Below, piece by piece: positions 18,030 to 28,149 of a stretch of 64,000 nucleotides of DNA. Source of the DNA: Candidatus Thorarchaeota archaeon (GTDB lineage Archaea > Asgardarchaeota > Thorarchaeia > Thorarchaeales > Thorarchaeaceae). The stretch is taken from NCBI GenBank assembly GCA_048882045.1, contig JBHLRZ010000002.1, positions 128,001-192,000 on the forward strand, read 5' to 3'. Every line of letters starts with the position of its first letter. The stretch's first letter is position 1. Made by a program: the position numbers and the translations under genes. The notes beneath the pieces are model-generated. The model was not told the origin of the DNA, searched no databases, and was given only the letters and a program-made list of their open reading frames with translations.

Positions 18030-18557
18030 TTACATACTAGACGAGATCTCACCTAGTATTTCGGGAACACCTATGTCCAAAGCATGAGTTAGACCATCCT
18101 TTGTGAAACGATAACCACTACCATCTTTACATTTCTCGAAATGACCTCTGTATGCCTCGAACTGCTTTCGTGAAGCTGTGAAGACCCTAGAAACTCGACC
18201 GCTATTGATTTTCCACTCATCAGCAATAGCTGTTGCTCCCATGCAGCGGTCGAAATTCTTCAACAGTGAAAGGATAACCATCTGATAGTCTCCCGTCAGA
18301 CCGACCTCACTGCGTTCACTATCAGAAAGACCGAAGAGATGTCTGGTTCTAGATTGGGCATCGTTCACCTCCCGAGTTACATCCCCCATCCACGAAAGCC
18401 TCTCCCTGTCTGATTCTAACTTTTCAATCTTCGAACAGATAGCATCAAGACGTCCATATGCTTGTCCAACACTTTCGTTCTCTCTTATTGTAACCCGGAC
18501 AGATATATTTCCAATTTTCCTCTCTAATTCAGTACCCTGAAGATTTTCATCATTCAT
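18030..18557 (-). CDS. Hypothetical protein, possible C-terminal winged HTH
   Basis: MGATAIADEWKINSGRVSRVF...GYRFTKDGL. Confidence 0.6.
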   Translation of the reverse strand: MNDENLQGTELERKIGNISVRVTIRENESVGQAYGRLDAICSKIEKLESDRERLSWMGDVTREVNDAQSRTRHLFGLSDSERSEVGLTGDYQMVILSLLKNFDRCMGATAIADEWKINSGRVSRVFTASRKQFEAYRGHFEKCKDGSGYRFTKDGLTHALDIGVPEILGEISSSM

Positions 18558-18650
18558 CTGTATCGCCCCAATAATTCAGATTTTGACTCGAGCACATATA
18601 CCTCAATGAGGTAAGTAGTAAATCTTTCTCAAAACACGATGATATTCATT

Positions 18651-19019
18651 TCAGACAAGCTCCTCTGCTTCGGGTTGCCACGGAGGACACACGATGCAGA
18701 GGAACTCAAGATCTCCTTCTCCAGTGTTCTCGATATATTGGATTGCCTTAGGTGGAATGTAGATTGTGTCCCCTGGTCCCACCTCATTTGTTTCATCATC
18801 GATATGCATCACTCCCGTTCCCTTGAGGATATAGTAGACCTCTGAAGCAGTGAAGAATCTGTGAGGCAAGGATGACACATTCGGTTCCAATGTTGCATGA
18901 GCAAGGCTATAATTCACAGAGGACAGATCACCTTCGTGAAGCGGGTTCAGCATCTCTTGAATGACAGTGTTATCCAATCCAGTAATTGTCTTGAGTTCCT
19001 TGAGTCGTTTGACAATCAT
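18651..19019 (-). CDS. Cupin domain protein
   Basis: LPHR...SEVYYILKGTG...VGPGDTIYIPP...IENTG. Confidence 0.88.
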   Translation of the reverse strand: MIVKRLKELKTITGLDNTVIQEMLNPLHEGDLSSVNYSLAHATLEPNVSSLPHRFFTASEVYYILKGTGVMHIDDETNEVGPGDTIYIPPKAIQYIENTGEGDLEFLCIVCPPWQPEAEELV

Positions 19020-19131
19020 CCAACTCGCCTTGGTCTTGTCCAAGACAATACTACTCTTGTGTATTCTGCTTCCTCTGTTTATACATCCAGTACGCTGGTA
19101 CAAGTAAACCAAATTCTGTTTGAACTATCTT

Positions 19132-20331
19132 TTAGATGTCAGGAGGTTTCTTGTTGTACCATTTTGGAATCTTTTCCATTGCCGGCTCATATCCACTCAG
19201 GACATGACGACCAAGAATGAGCCGTTGAACCTCACTTGTTCCCTCATAGATCTGATAGAGCTTGGCATCCCTGAAGAGTTTCTCGAGTGGATATTGGTCT
19301 ATGTAGCCATATCCGCCATGGATCTGAAGCGCCTCACTTGCAGTTTCCATTGCTACATCGGTTGCAAAGGCTTTAGCCACACTTGCAGGTACAGTTGCAT
19401 CTCCTATGTTGTCTGTTGTCCAAGCTGCTTTTAGGTAAAGATTCCTTGAAGCCTCAATCTTCATGTACATTTCAGCCAATTTGAACTGAATCACTTCAAA
19501 TTCCCGCAGTTTTTGAGCAAAGACTTCTCTTTTGTTCACATAGTCTCTCGCATATTCCATCGCTACACGGGCGAGACCAGTTGCAAAGGCTGCAATTGAT
19601 GGCCTAGTCATTGCAAATGTCTTCATGGCAATTCCAAATCCTTTCCCTTCAGCTCCCAAGAGGTTCTTCTCTGAAACCTTTGCATCACGGAATATGACTG
19701 ATGATGTGGTAGATGCCCTATGTCCCATCTTCTCAACGGGGCGTCCGGTTTTCACTCCTGGTGTATCAGCATCCACGATGAACGCACAAAGAGCCTTGTG
19801 GCGCTGAGTAGGGTCAAGACTTGCAAAGACAGTGAAATAGTCTGCATGTGGTGCATTAGTAATCCAGAACTTGGACCCGTTCAATACGTAATTGCTTCCC
19901 TCTTTCTTTACACGCGTCTGAATTCCAGCCACATCTGAACCCATTCCTGGCTCAGAACATGCAAAGCTCACAAACTTGAGATCTTCAGTAAGTGGGCGTA
20001 GGTACTTCTCTTTTTGTTCATCAGTACCTGCTACAAGTATAGGCTCTGCACCAAGCGTGTTGACATAGATACTCGTTGTCATTCCTGCGCAGCCCGCAGC
20101 CATCTCTTCAACAACGATACATTGCTCTATGGAACCAAGTTCGAAACCTCCATACTTCTTAGGTATTGACAGGTTCATGAGACCCTCTTCCCAGCACTTC
20201 TGAATAATCGGTCGTGGAAATTCTCCACTCTTGTCGTAGTAGTGTGCGTAGGGAATCATGTACTCTTGTGCGAATCTTCGTGCCTTTTTCTGAAGTTCAA
20301 GTTGTTCATCTGTAAGACTGAAGTCAATCAT
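19132..20331 (-). CDS. Acyl-CoA dehydrogenase
   Basis: SEPGMGSD, LNGSKFWITN, QIHGGYGY, YEGTSEVQR. Confidence 0.95.
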   Translation of the reverse strand: MIDFSLTDEQLELQKKARRFAQEYMIPYAHYYDKSGEFPRPIIQKCWEEGLMNLSIPKKYGGFELGSIEQCIVVEEMAAGCAGMTTSIYVNTLGAEPILVAGTDEQKEKYLRPLTEDLKFVSFACSEPGMGSDVAGIQTRVKKEGSNYVLNGSKFWITNAPHADYFTVFASLDPTQRHKALCAFIVDADTPGVKTGRPVEKMGHRASTTSSVIFRDAKVSEKNLLGAEGKGFGIAMKTFAMTRPSIAAFATGLARVAMEYARDYVNKREVFAQKLREFEVIQFKLAEMYMKIEASRNLYLKAAWTTDNIGDATVPASVAKAFATDVAMETASEALQIHGGYGYIDQYPLEKLFRDAKLYQIYEGTSEVQRLILGRHVLSGYEPAMEKIPKWYNKKPPDI

Positions 20332-20421
20332 TGTGTTCCCTCGTCATGAGTCATGAATTTGTTTGACTCGTTTCCTTTGATTATATACTATAAGTCAGTT
20401 GCTAAGTGGCTGTTTCGAAAC

Positions 20422-22683
20422 TCAAGGAGATGTGGTGATGTGCTTCACTACCTCAGGTAGATTCCATTTCAGTACCAACTCAAGGGCACCACCTTCTGGA
20501 CCTGGACAACGTCTAACACAAGTACGACATGCAACACAGAGCCAGAGGTCGACTTCCACGCTACCAAATCCTGGTGAATCTTTTTCTAAAACTATGTCCT
20601 TGGAAGCTTTCAATGTAGCAAGGTTCTGAACAGTCTTGTAGAACAGAGACCGGTTCGATGGAAGATCTGCCAACTCCTTTTCGGAAATTTCGAAGAACTT
20701 AGGCAGCTCGATTCTCGGTTTCAACTCTATCGCATCTTCAGGACAGGAAATCTCACAGGACTTACAGCCAAGACATTTTGAGATGTCCCAATCCACAGTT
20801 CCAAATCCTAAGAGGGGGGCATACCCCATCTGACTCCTATACTCATCGAGTACTGATGGAACATCGACATCCGCGAGGTCCTCTAGGGTGACTTTTGGCC
20901 TAGTGCTTGGAATCTTGGCACGAGTTCTATACGCAAGAAGGACTGCAGATCGTATCTTTTCTTCGACCTCTACCAGTGTGTCATCATCAACAACTGAGCC
21001 GCTGACTTTGATTGTAACTAGCTTGTCTCTTGCCTTGGCAAAGGTTTCCAGAGATGTAGCAAGCTTACCAATGTCCTGAGCCTTCAATTCTTCAAGAATT
21101 CTCTTGAGTTCACCTTTTGCTTCTGTGAGTTGCAGGGCAAGACTGGATGCAGTCTGAACTGTCAACTCAGTTTCAGTCGGTGTTCTCGGTACATCATAGA
21201 GGATGTATCCATGATCCTCTCCTGCGATAGTGAGGAGTTCATCCCGTTTCATCCGGAGGAGGTGTCGAAGAATTCTGTCTGGGGGTATGGTGGTCCTTTC
21301 AGCGATATCCTTGACTGCCATTGCACCAAGTTCTCTAATCAGAACCAAAATCGTACCCCTCTCGAGTTCGTTCTCAAGATAGGTATCCATCATATTCTTG
21401 TACACTTCAGGATCCAATTTCTCTCCGTATACATTCAGGCCTGATACCAGATTGGGGCCTTTTTCAAGAGTAATCTTCAACCTGAACCTTGCAAATGCTT
21501 CGAGACCAGCAGATACGAGAAGCCTAAGATTCTCCGAATCATCAGATGATTGTGAAGAAAGCAAAGCTTCAGTAGCACTGTCAACAGATTCTCTCAGCTT
21601 TTCCAAGTTCTCAGAAAGCATGGTTTCATCATAAATTCCCAATATCTGTAGACGTTCCAGAAGCTTCTGAAGTCTTTCGAGAGATGATTCAGCAGCAGTT
21701 GCCTCATCACCATCCAAAGACTTGACTATTCCACGGACTTGCTGAACGATTCTCTTTAGAACCATTGTCGAGTTTGGTGTTTCAGTGAGAACCTTTGAGA
21801 AGACAGGAGCATCACTCTCGAGGCTCACCATCTCTACTTCTCCTCTCTGAATCATGGTCACAATAACGTTCTGGACAGTCTGTGGTGAAACATCCATGAT
21901 TTCACCCATCTGAATGACAGTCTTGGAACCCATTTTTCCAAGTATGAACATGATTATTCCACGATAAACCTCATTGAGAATGTTCTCTCTCACAAGTGTT
22001 GAGAAACGTGACTCCTCTATTCGATCCTCCCTTTTCCCTCTCTTCACCTGTGCTGTCGCTCTCAGACCAGCTCCATATCGTGTCTTTGTTCCTATCTTCT
22101 GTAGTTCATCCAATGCAAGGTCTGGGTCTGCCTCTATCTTCTCCTTGGCTTTCTCTAGGTCTTGCATAAGGGAAACCAGCTCTGACTTTGCAGACTCAGC
22201 CTCTGCTTCTGCATTCTCTTCAAACTGCTTTATAATCGTCTCAATCTCAGATGTCAGGTCTGAAACAGTTGAGAGAACCTCGCTCATATCTACTTTAAGG
22301 GCGACTTGCTCTTCCCTTGCAACAGTCATTCTGGATAGTGAGTCTGAGAGTAATGTTTGCAGACTCTTCAAAGGTTCAGATTCTGTGATTGACAGGGACT
22401 TCTCAAGATTTGAGATTGCCTCCTGCAGAATACCCTTGTCGTTGATTTGAGATATCAGATTTGCCTTCTTGAATGCCTTCACAAATTCTTCAAAGTAGGA
22501 GTCCGGAAATGCCAGAATTGAATCAGTAAGAGGTGCAAGTTCTCCCTTTAGGTTCTCCAGCTCTTCCTTGACTTTACTCAGTGGGATGGCGGACTCTTCC
22601 TTTAGTCCTCCTAGAGCTAGGACCATGTCCAGCATACGCTTTCTCTTTGGAGCGATGGTCTTCTCTGGAGTTGAATGACTCAC
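20422..22683 (-). CDS. Large helical protein with two wHTH-like modules and a C-terminal 2x[4Fe-4S] domain, last gene of the hdr operon
   Basis: CLGCKSCEISCP and CVACRTCVRRCP; HTH-like KTVIQMGEIMDVSPQTVQ and MAVKDIAERTTIPPDRILRHL. Confidence 0.75.
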   Translation of the reverse strand: MSHSTPEKTIAPKRKRMLDMVLALGGLKEESAIPLSKVKEELENLKGELAPLTDSILAFPDSYFEEFVKAFKKANLISQINDKGILQEAISNLEKSLSITESEPLKSLQTLLSDSLSRMTVAREEQVALKVDMSEVLSTVSDLTSEIETIIKQFEENAEAEAESAKSELVSLMQDLEKAKEKIEADPDLALDELQKIGTKTRYGAGLRATAQVKRGKREDRIEESRFSTLVRENILNEVYRGIIMFILGKMGSKTVIQMGEIMDVSPQTVQNVIVTMIQRGEVEMVSLESDAPVFSKVLTETPNSTMVLKRIVQQVRGIVKSLDGDEATAAESSLERLQKLLERLQILGIYDETMLSENLEKLRESVDSATEALLSSQSSDDSENLRLLVSAGLEAFARFRLKITLEKGPNLVSGLNVYGEKLDPEVYKNMMDTYLENELERGTILVLIRELGAMAVKDIAERTTIPPDRILRHLLRMKRDELLTIAGEDHGYILYDVPRTPTETELTVQTASSLALQLTEAKGELKRILEELKAQDIGKLATSLETFAKARDKLVTIKVSGSVVDDDTLVEVEEKIRSAVLLAYRTRAKIPSTRPKVTLEDLADVDVPSVLDEYRSQMGYAPLLGFGTVDWDISKCLGCKSCEISCPEDAIELKPRIELPKFFEISEKELADLPSNRSLFYKTVQNLATLKASKDIVLEKDSPGFGSVEVDLWLCVACRTCVRRCPGPEGGALELVLKWNLPEVVKHITTSP

Positions 22684-24854
22684 TCACTCACCTCCATCCA
22701 TTTACCAGCTGTTCCTTCATGTACTGGCGTAGGTCCGAGCTTCTTTGCACGTTTCACCATCTCATTAATCGCATTAGTGAATCTTTCAGGTTCTGCGCTA
22801 AACATTCTGAACATTTCTACACGTTCACCTTTCCAACCAATTGCACTGAGTATGTCTCGCGCTACGTCGACTTGCACTTGAGCAATCTCGTTTCCAGTAC
22901 CTCCGATGTGACAGCGGTCCTTCTCACAAGCGGCAATCATGACGGTACTGGCACCACTTTCGAAACCTTTCAGAATGTCGATTATACTCACTCGTCCAGC
23001 ACACGGTACGGGTATGAAACGAGTACTTGCAGGGTACTCCCTCTTCTGTGTTCCAACTATATCAATCGTTGACACCGAACACTCTTCACAATAGAAACAG
23101 AGTGTGATAGGATACTCTGGACCTGCATTTTCCAAAAGAGCTTCGATCTCAGACCAGAGCTGTTCATTTGAGAGAAAACTGAGCTGGGTTGCTCCAGATG
23201 GACAGAGGCTCTGACAAACTCCACAGGAGTGGCAGTTCAGAGTATCAATTGAAGCCTTAAAGAGAATCTTTTGTTCCTCATCAACTTCTTCAGCCTCAGT
23301 CTGTTCAATCATGAGTGGGACTCCGCGAGGACACTGTTGTGCACATAGACTACACCCAACACAGTCATCAACATCTAGGATTGCGCCTCGTGCTGGAGAC
23401 TCGATCACACCTCCCTGGAGCTCGTTGTGAATGATAAGGGCTCCAGCTTGAGCATCTGTAACAGCCTCAAACACGAACTGCGGTCTCGTCGCTCCTCCCA
23501 CTGCAACTACTCCGCGTCTGCGGGTTTCGTTCCTTCTAAGTTTTCCATAGAGTTCCTTTACATGACCATCGTCCTCAATTGCATAGCCCAGACTCTCAGA
23601 GAGTTCAGAGATTCCATCTGGTGGTAATATTGCAGAGGACAGAACAAGAAGGTCAATTGGAATTTCAAGATACTTGTCCAGAAGAGAGTCGTATATTCTG
23701 ACAAAAGTCTGATTCTCATTCTCCCAGGTCATACTGACCCGACCGCGAATATAATCAACGCCTTTCTCTCTGGACTCTTTGTATATCAGCTCATTTTCGA
23801 ATGGCACACGGATATCCATATACACTATTCGTATGTTCACATCAGGAACCTTTTCCATTAATTCAAGTGAGTTATCAATGGCAAATGTACAACAGAGCTT
23901 ACTGCAGTCCCTTTTGTAGTCCTCCGACCTACTCCCAACGCACTGGACCATCACAACTTCTCTCACAGGTTCTCCATCAGAAGGTCTGACCACTTTCCCA
24001 TCAGAAAGCATTCGGGATAGTTCAAACTGTGTGAGGACATCTGGATTTTTACCGTATCTATACTCGTCCATAGCTTCTGGTTTGAACTCATTGAAACCAG
24101 TTGCCAAGACTATTCCTGAGGTTTTGAGTGTCAGCTCATCCTCATCACCAGACAAATAATGAACTGTAAAGTTTCCCATCTCTCCAGTTACATACTTGAT
24201 TTTCGTCTTTGTCATGACTGTAATGTTCTCTTCTTTCTGGAGAGCCTCCAATCTTCCACTGAGAATCTCCTTCCCAGATTTTCCTGTTGGTGCTACGACG
24301 GGTAGGTCCTTTACATGACCTCCAAGCTCATCTGAAATCTCTAATAGAGCGACCCTGTATCCAAGATTGGCCAGACCAAGCGCAGACTCAATGCCCGCAA
24401 CTCCGCCTCCGATGACTGTCACATGGTTGGGAATCTCTTTCTTTTCCTTTGCTATTGGGCTTGAACGCGCAGACCTTGCTAACGCTCCGCGGATCATGTC
24501 GATGGACTTCTGAGTGGCTTCGTCTGTTTCCTTATGGACCCAGGCTGAATGTTCTCGAATGTTGACAAATTGGATCTGAGAAGGATTGATTCCATTGGAT
24601 TCCAGAAAGTGTTTGATTCGAGGCTGTATCTTTTGACTGGTGCATGCAGCAATGACAAGACGACCATCGTTCTTCTTGAGTAGGTCTGCTATCTTCGTGA
24701 GTCCTTCCTCTTGACAGACTAGGTCATGGACAGTCACTGATGATGCTAGAGCAATTTTTCCAACTTCAGTTTCTAAAGAATCGTACTTCAATGGGAGTTG
24801 TTTGCCACAGGTACAGATGAGAACTGCAGATTTGTTTTCGCTCATCCATATCAC
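22680..24854 (-). CDS. hdrA: HdrA-MvhD fusion
   Basis: VNIREH, GGGVAG, QCVGSR..CSKLCC, two ferredoxin motifs, C-terminal MvhD (CEEC, PCAGR, C..CH). Confidence 0.9.
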   Translation of the reverse strand: MIWMSENKSAVLICTCGKQLPLKYDSLETEVGKIALASSVTVHDLVCQEEGLTKIADLLKKNDGRLVIAACTSQKIQPRIKHFLESNGINPSQIQFVNIREHSAWVHKETDEATQKSIDMIRGALARSARSSPIAKEKKEIPNHVTVIGGGVAGIESALGLANLGYRVALLEISDELGGHVKDLPVVAPTGKSGKEILSGRLEALQKEENITVMTKTKIKYVTGEMGNFTVHYLSGDEDELTLKTSGIVLATGFNEFKPEAMDEYRYGKNPDVLTQFELSRMLSDGKVVRPSDGEPVREVVMVQCVGSRSEDYKRDCSKLCCTFAIDNSLELMEKVPDVNIRIVYMDIRVPFENELIYKESREKGVDYIRGRVSMTWENENQTFVRIYDSLLDKYLEIPIDLLVLSSAILPPDGISELSESLGYAIEDDGHVKELYGKLRRNETRRRGVVAVGGATRPQFVFEAVTDAQAGALIIHNELQGGVIESPARGAILDVDDCVGCSLCAQQCPRGVPLMIEQTEAEEVDEEQKILFKASIDTLNCHSCGVCQSLCPSGATQLSFLSNEQLWSEIEALLENAGPEYPITLCFYCEECSVSTIDIVGTQKREYPASTRFIPVPCAGRVSIIDILKGFESGASTVMIAACEKDRCHIGGTGNEIAQVQVDVARDILSAIGWKGERVEMFRMFSAEPERFTNAINEMVKRAKKLGPTPVHEGTAGKWMEVSE

Positions 24855-26113
24855 TTCCTGCTCTGCAGAATCTTGGAAACTACTGCGCGCGCCTGCGTTA
24901 CGCTCTCTGGAACCTCTGCTGGGCCCAATGCTGTACCACAGGCGTATACGTGGTCTCCCACTACCACTTCGTTCTCTGATACTGGATCTGAAGGACCAAC
25001 AAAGCCACTTGCAGACTTCAGTCCCAGGGTTTCGATAATTTTGTTTGCATCAGCTGGGGGTTCGAGGGCTGATGAGAGGACAAATAGGTCTACTGAGAAC
25101 TTGAGATACCTATTCAGCAGCGAGTCATAGACAACTATCTCCAGTGAGTCGTCATCTCTGGGAGTGATAAGGGATACTCTTCCACGGATGAATTCCACAC
25201 CAGATTCCCTTGTTTCACGATAGTACCTCTCGTATCTGTCGTAAGTACGGATGTCCATGTATACAACGCTCACTTTGTCTACATCCCGCTCCTGCGTGAT
25301 GATATTGGCATGTTTGAGTGCAAAGATACAACAAATCTTGGAGCAGTAGGGGTAGTAGTTCTCATCCCTGCTCCCTACGCACTGAACCATCATGACATGT
25401 TTTGCTGGTTTACCGTCAGATGGTCTCAGTAATAGTCCACCTGACTCCCCCAGTGGATCGAGAATCTGCGCTAGTTCAAGTTGTGTAATGATATTGGGAT
25501 GTTTTCCATAGCTATACTCTTCTACATTTGTTGGTTGCATTTCATGATATCCCGTCGCAATGACTATGTCTGAAACGGTAACACTCTCTTCGGTGGATTG
25601 AGCACTCAAATCTATGGCACTGGTTGGACACTCCTCAGCTGCCTGTTTAGCTCCTTCATTCCTTCCTTCAGGGTCATAGACCACAGCCTGTGGCTGACAC
25701 TGAGGAGAAAGAAGACGAAAGGCCTCTGACTTCTCCAGACATAACCCACACATTATACACTTCTTCGGATCGACGTACTGAGGACCTACCTTGAGTTTTA
25801 CTGAGAACTTCCCTGGTGTGCCAGATATCTCTTGGACCTCACTGTTCATCTTTAGACTGATATTTGGTTGATCAGTCAGTGCACTCCGATAGAAGCATTT
25901 GCGTATTCCAGGACGCCATCGGTTTCCTTCAAAGCAGTAGAAACAGTCGTCAGTTGGAAATGCTTTGTAGAGGTCTAGTGCATTACCCCCTACGGTGGAA
26001 AGACGCTCAACTAAGACTGTCTGAATACCAGAATCTGCTAGTTGAATGGCAGCAGTCATCCCTGCAACGCCTGCGCCAATGACGAGGACAGGATTAGACA
26101 CTCCTTCTTTCAC
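24851..26113 (-). CDS. hdrA: Short HdrA-like FAD/Fe-S subunit
   Basis: GAGVAG, FPTDDCFYC, QCVGSRD..YCSKICC, YMDIRT. Confidence 0.88.
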   Translation of the reverse strand: MKEGVSNPVLVIGAGVAGMTAAIQLADSGIQTVLVERLSTVGGNALDLYKAFPTDDCFYCFEGNRWRPGIRKCFYRSALTDQPNISLKMNSEVQEISGTPGKFSVKLKVGPQYVDPKKCIMCGLCLEKSEAFRLLSPQCQPQAVVYDPEGRNEGAKQAAEECPTSAIDLSAQSTEESVTVSDIVIATGYHEMQPTNVEEYSYGKHPNIITQLELAQILDPLGESGGLLLRPSDGKPAKHVMMVQCVGSRDENYYPYCSKICCIFALKHANIITQERDVDKVSVVYMDIRTYDRYERYYRETRESGVEFIRGRVSLITPRDDDSLEIVVYDSLLNRYLKFSVDLFVLSSALEPPADANKIIETLGLKSASGFVGPSDPVSENEVVVGDHVYACGTALGPAEVPESVTQARAVVSKILQSRK

Positions 26114-26114
26114 C

Positions 26115-26981
26115 TCAGCCAGTCAGATGGTCAAGAATCGGATCTGCAGGTACCCTGTTCATGCTTAGGCCGATTTCTTCTTCATCCATTCCTAGGGCGA
26201 GTCCAAGGATCTGGGGGTACAAGAGCACTGGTAGACCATACTCCTCTCCATAGGACTCCTTCAGACCAAGTTGTTGTAGATCAAGTTGATTTCCGCATGC
26301 CGGACAGACCACAGTGATAAATACAGCACCGAACTCCTTCATAGACTTCAGCTTATCACGTGCTAGACGTATGGCTAATGATTCGTTCACTGGAAGAACT
26401 GTTGCTCCACAACACTGTTTCCATAGAGGATATTCTACAACTTTAGCACCTGTGGCCTCTACCAGCTCGTTCAGATACTCAGGCTTGAACTCAGTCACAT
26501 CTACAGGACGAAGAACATGGCAGCCATAGTGAATTGCTATTCCTACACCATCAAGAGGTTTGGCAATTTTCTTCTTTATCTCTTCAATACCAACATCTGT
26601 GTAGAGCGCTTCCACAAAGTGACGAGGTGTTATGGATCCTTTGAACTCCAGCCCTTCTTTTTTCAGGACTGCATTGACTTTCTTTCTGTAATCGTCATCA
26701 TGTTTGAGAAAGTGATACACATCTTTGAGTGTGCCAAAACAACCATTGCACGGGGTAACAATATCATGCCCGTTCTTCTCCGCGATTGCCAGGGTCCTTG
26801 CGTTGATGATCAACCATCCCATCATGTCAATAGCTCGTAGATTTGGACTTCCACAACAAGCGACCCCTTCCATGTATTCAAGCTGCATATCAAAAGCTTC
26901 TGCAACCTTGGACATAGCAGCCTCATAATTTGGGTAGTTTGCAGGTACACTACAACCCATGTATAAGTTGTAAACTGGCAT
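26115..26981 (-). CDS. hdrB: Heterodisulfide reductase subunit B
   Basis: Two CCG domains (ACCG..PCNGC; HYGCH..QCCG..CPAC). Confidence 0.93.
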   Translation of the reverse strand: MPVYNLYMGCSVPANYPNYEAAMSKVAEAFDMQLEYMEGVACCGSPNLRAIDMMGWLIINARTLAIAEKNGHDIVTPCNGCFGTLKDVYHFLKHDDDYRKKVNAVLKKEGLEFKGSITPRHFVEALYTDVGIEEIKKKIAKPLDGVGIAIHYGCHVLRPVDVTEFKPEYLNELVEATGAKVVEYPLWKQCCGATVLPVNESLAIRLARDKLKSMKEFGAVFITVVCPACGNQLDLQQLGLKESYGEEYGLPVLLYPQILGLALGMDEEEIGLSMNRVPADPILDHLTG

Positions 26982-27533
26982 CTACTCCTCCCCCTCCACG
27001 AGTTTCTTAGTTCTTGTTTCGGACAGAATCTCCTTAACAGGATCTACTGCAAGACCAGGTACTTCCGGTTCCAGACCCATGTCTTCACGTTCCCAATCTG
27101 CAGTGACTGTATACAGCTGTCCTTTCTCCAACAGCTCTTTTCCCAGACCAACAATATTGGGTGGTACTTTCCCTTCTTCTGCTGCCAAATTTTTGCAGTC
27201 AAAGAAGATGTCAGTGACCCGTACTTTCTGTGGACATCTCTCCTGACATTGGAAACATGTCAGACATAGCCAAATTTCCTCAGAAGAGAGCACTTCTTCT
27301 CGCATACCCAACAATATCATTCGAATCAATTGATGGGGTTTGTATTCCCAGAAGTTTGCGATAGGACATGCAGCCGTGCAGGTCGAGCAAGCAAAACAGG
27401 CTGATAGTTCCTCCCCATTTGGCATGCTATGAATCTCTTCACGAAACTTTCTGTCGAGTTTTGACATGTCTATGGGGTCAATCAATGTGACTGGGGGTCC
27501 GGTTGGTTCAGCTGGTTCATCTTTTTCAGCCAT
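26982..27533 (-). CDS. hdrC: Heterodisulfide reductase subunit C
   Basis: CFACSTCTAACP, IWLCLTCFQCQERCP. Confidence 0.93.
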   Translation of the reverse strand: MAEKDEPAEPTGPPVTLIDPIDMSKLDRKFREEIHSMPNGEELSACFACSTCTAACPIANFWEYKPHQLIRMILLGMREEVLSSEEIWLCLTCFQCQERCPQKVRVTDIFFDCKNLAAEEGKVPPNIVGLGKELLEKGQLYTVTADWEREDMGLEPEVPGLAVDPVKEILSETRTKKLVEGEE

Positions 27534-27632
27534 GATGCACACCACAAGCATTTGTTAGCTTTTGGCAGATGATAGAGCGATTTTGCATCCCATATTAAAA
27601 GTTTACAGACGTGACGAGTTTTGTGAACTTTG

Positions 27633-27821
27633 CTAGTCTGGTAGTCCTTTGAGATAGATCAATCGTAATATTCCAGTCAATCCAAGTGTGACAAAGCCCA
27701 AGTAGAGAGCTACTTCGATTATCCCCCAAGAGGGTGGGAGATAGACCAGTACCCCCAATACAGCTAGCACAAAGCACACAAAACCAACAAGAAAGAAGGG
27801 CCATGAACGTGGAGCTGACAT
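27633..27821 (-). CDS. Small 2-TM membrane protein
   Basis: 62-aa hydrophobic ORF in operon orientation. Confidence 0.5.
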   Translation of the reverse strand: MSAPRSWPFFLVGFVCFVLAVLGVLVYLPPSWGIIEVALYLGFVTLGLTGILRLIYLKGLPD

Positions 27822-27861
27822 GATATCGCTAGCGCTTAATTGACACTTAGGACTTTCTGTA

Positions 27862-28149
27862 CTATGCTGTCTGGAGTAACTGTAGCACTTTTTCCATTCG
27901 TGTTCTCAGGTGATGATAAGGTTGTATTGAAGATTCCCTCATTTCTGCGCACGTCTTAATCAGATATCCCTTGAGATCTTCACTATCTCCCTTCAGTTTG
28001 GCAAGCGTAGGACTTGTCCCATTTAGAAGACGTAGAGTGTTAGTAAGCGCAATTTGGAACTTGTCATGGTCTAGACTCACTCTGTTTTTTGCTTCTTCGA
28101 TATATTTGATAATTGATGTAATCTCCGTGATGACAGCATCCTTCTTCAT
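27862..28149 (-). CDS. Hypothetical helical protein
   Basis: Start overlaps the GINS stop codon (ATGA). Confidence 0.6.
   Translation of the reverse strand: MKKDAVITEITSIIKYIEEAKNRVSLDHDKFQIALTNTLRLLNGTSPTLAKLKGDSEDLKGYLIKTCAEMRESSIQPYHHLRTRMEKVLQLLQTA

Noticed and set aside
16402-27533. Selenocysteine read-through in MvhD/HdrA
   Set aside because: All expected ligand positions are Cys and the ORFs are uninterrupted
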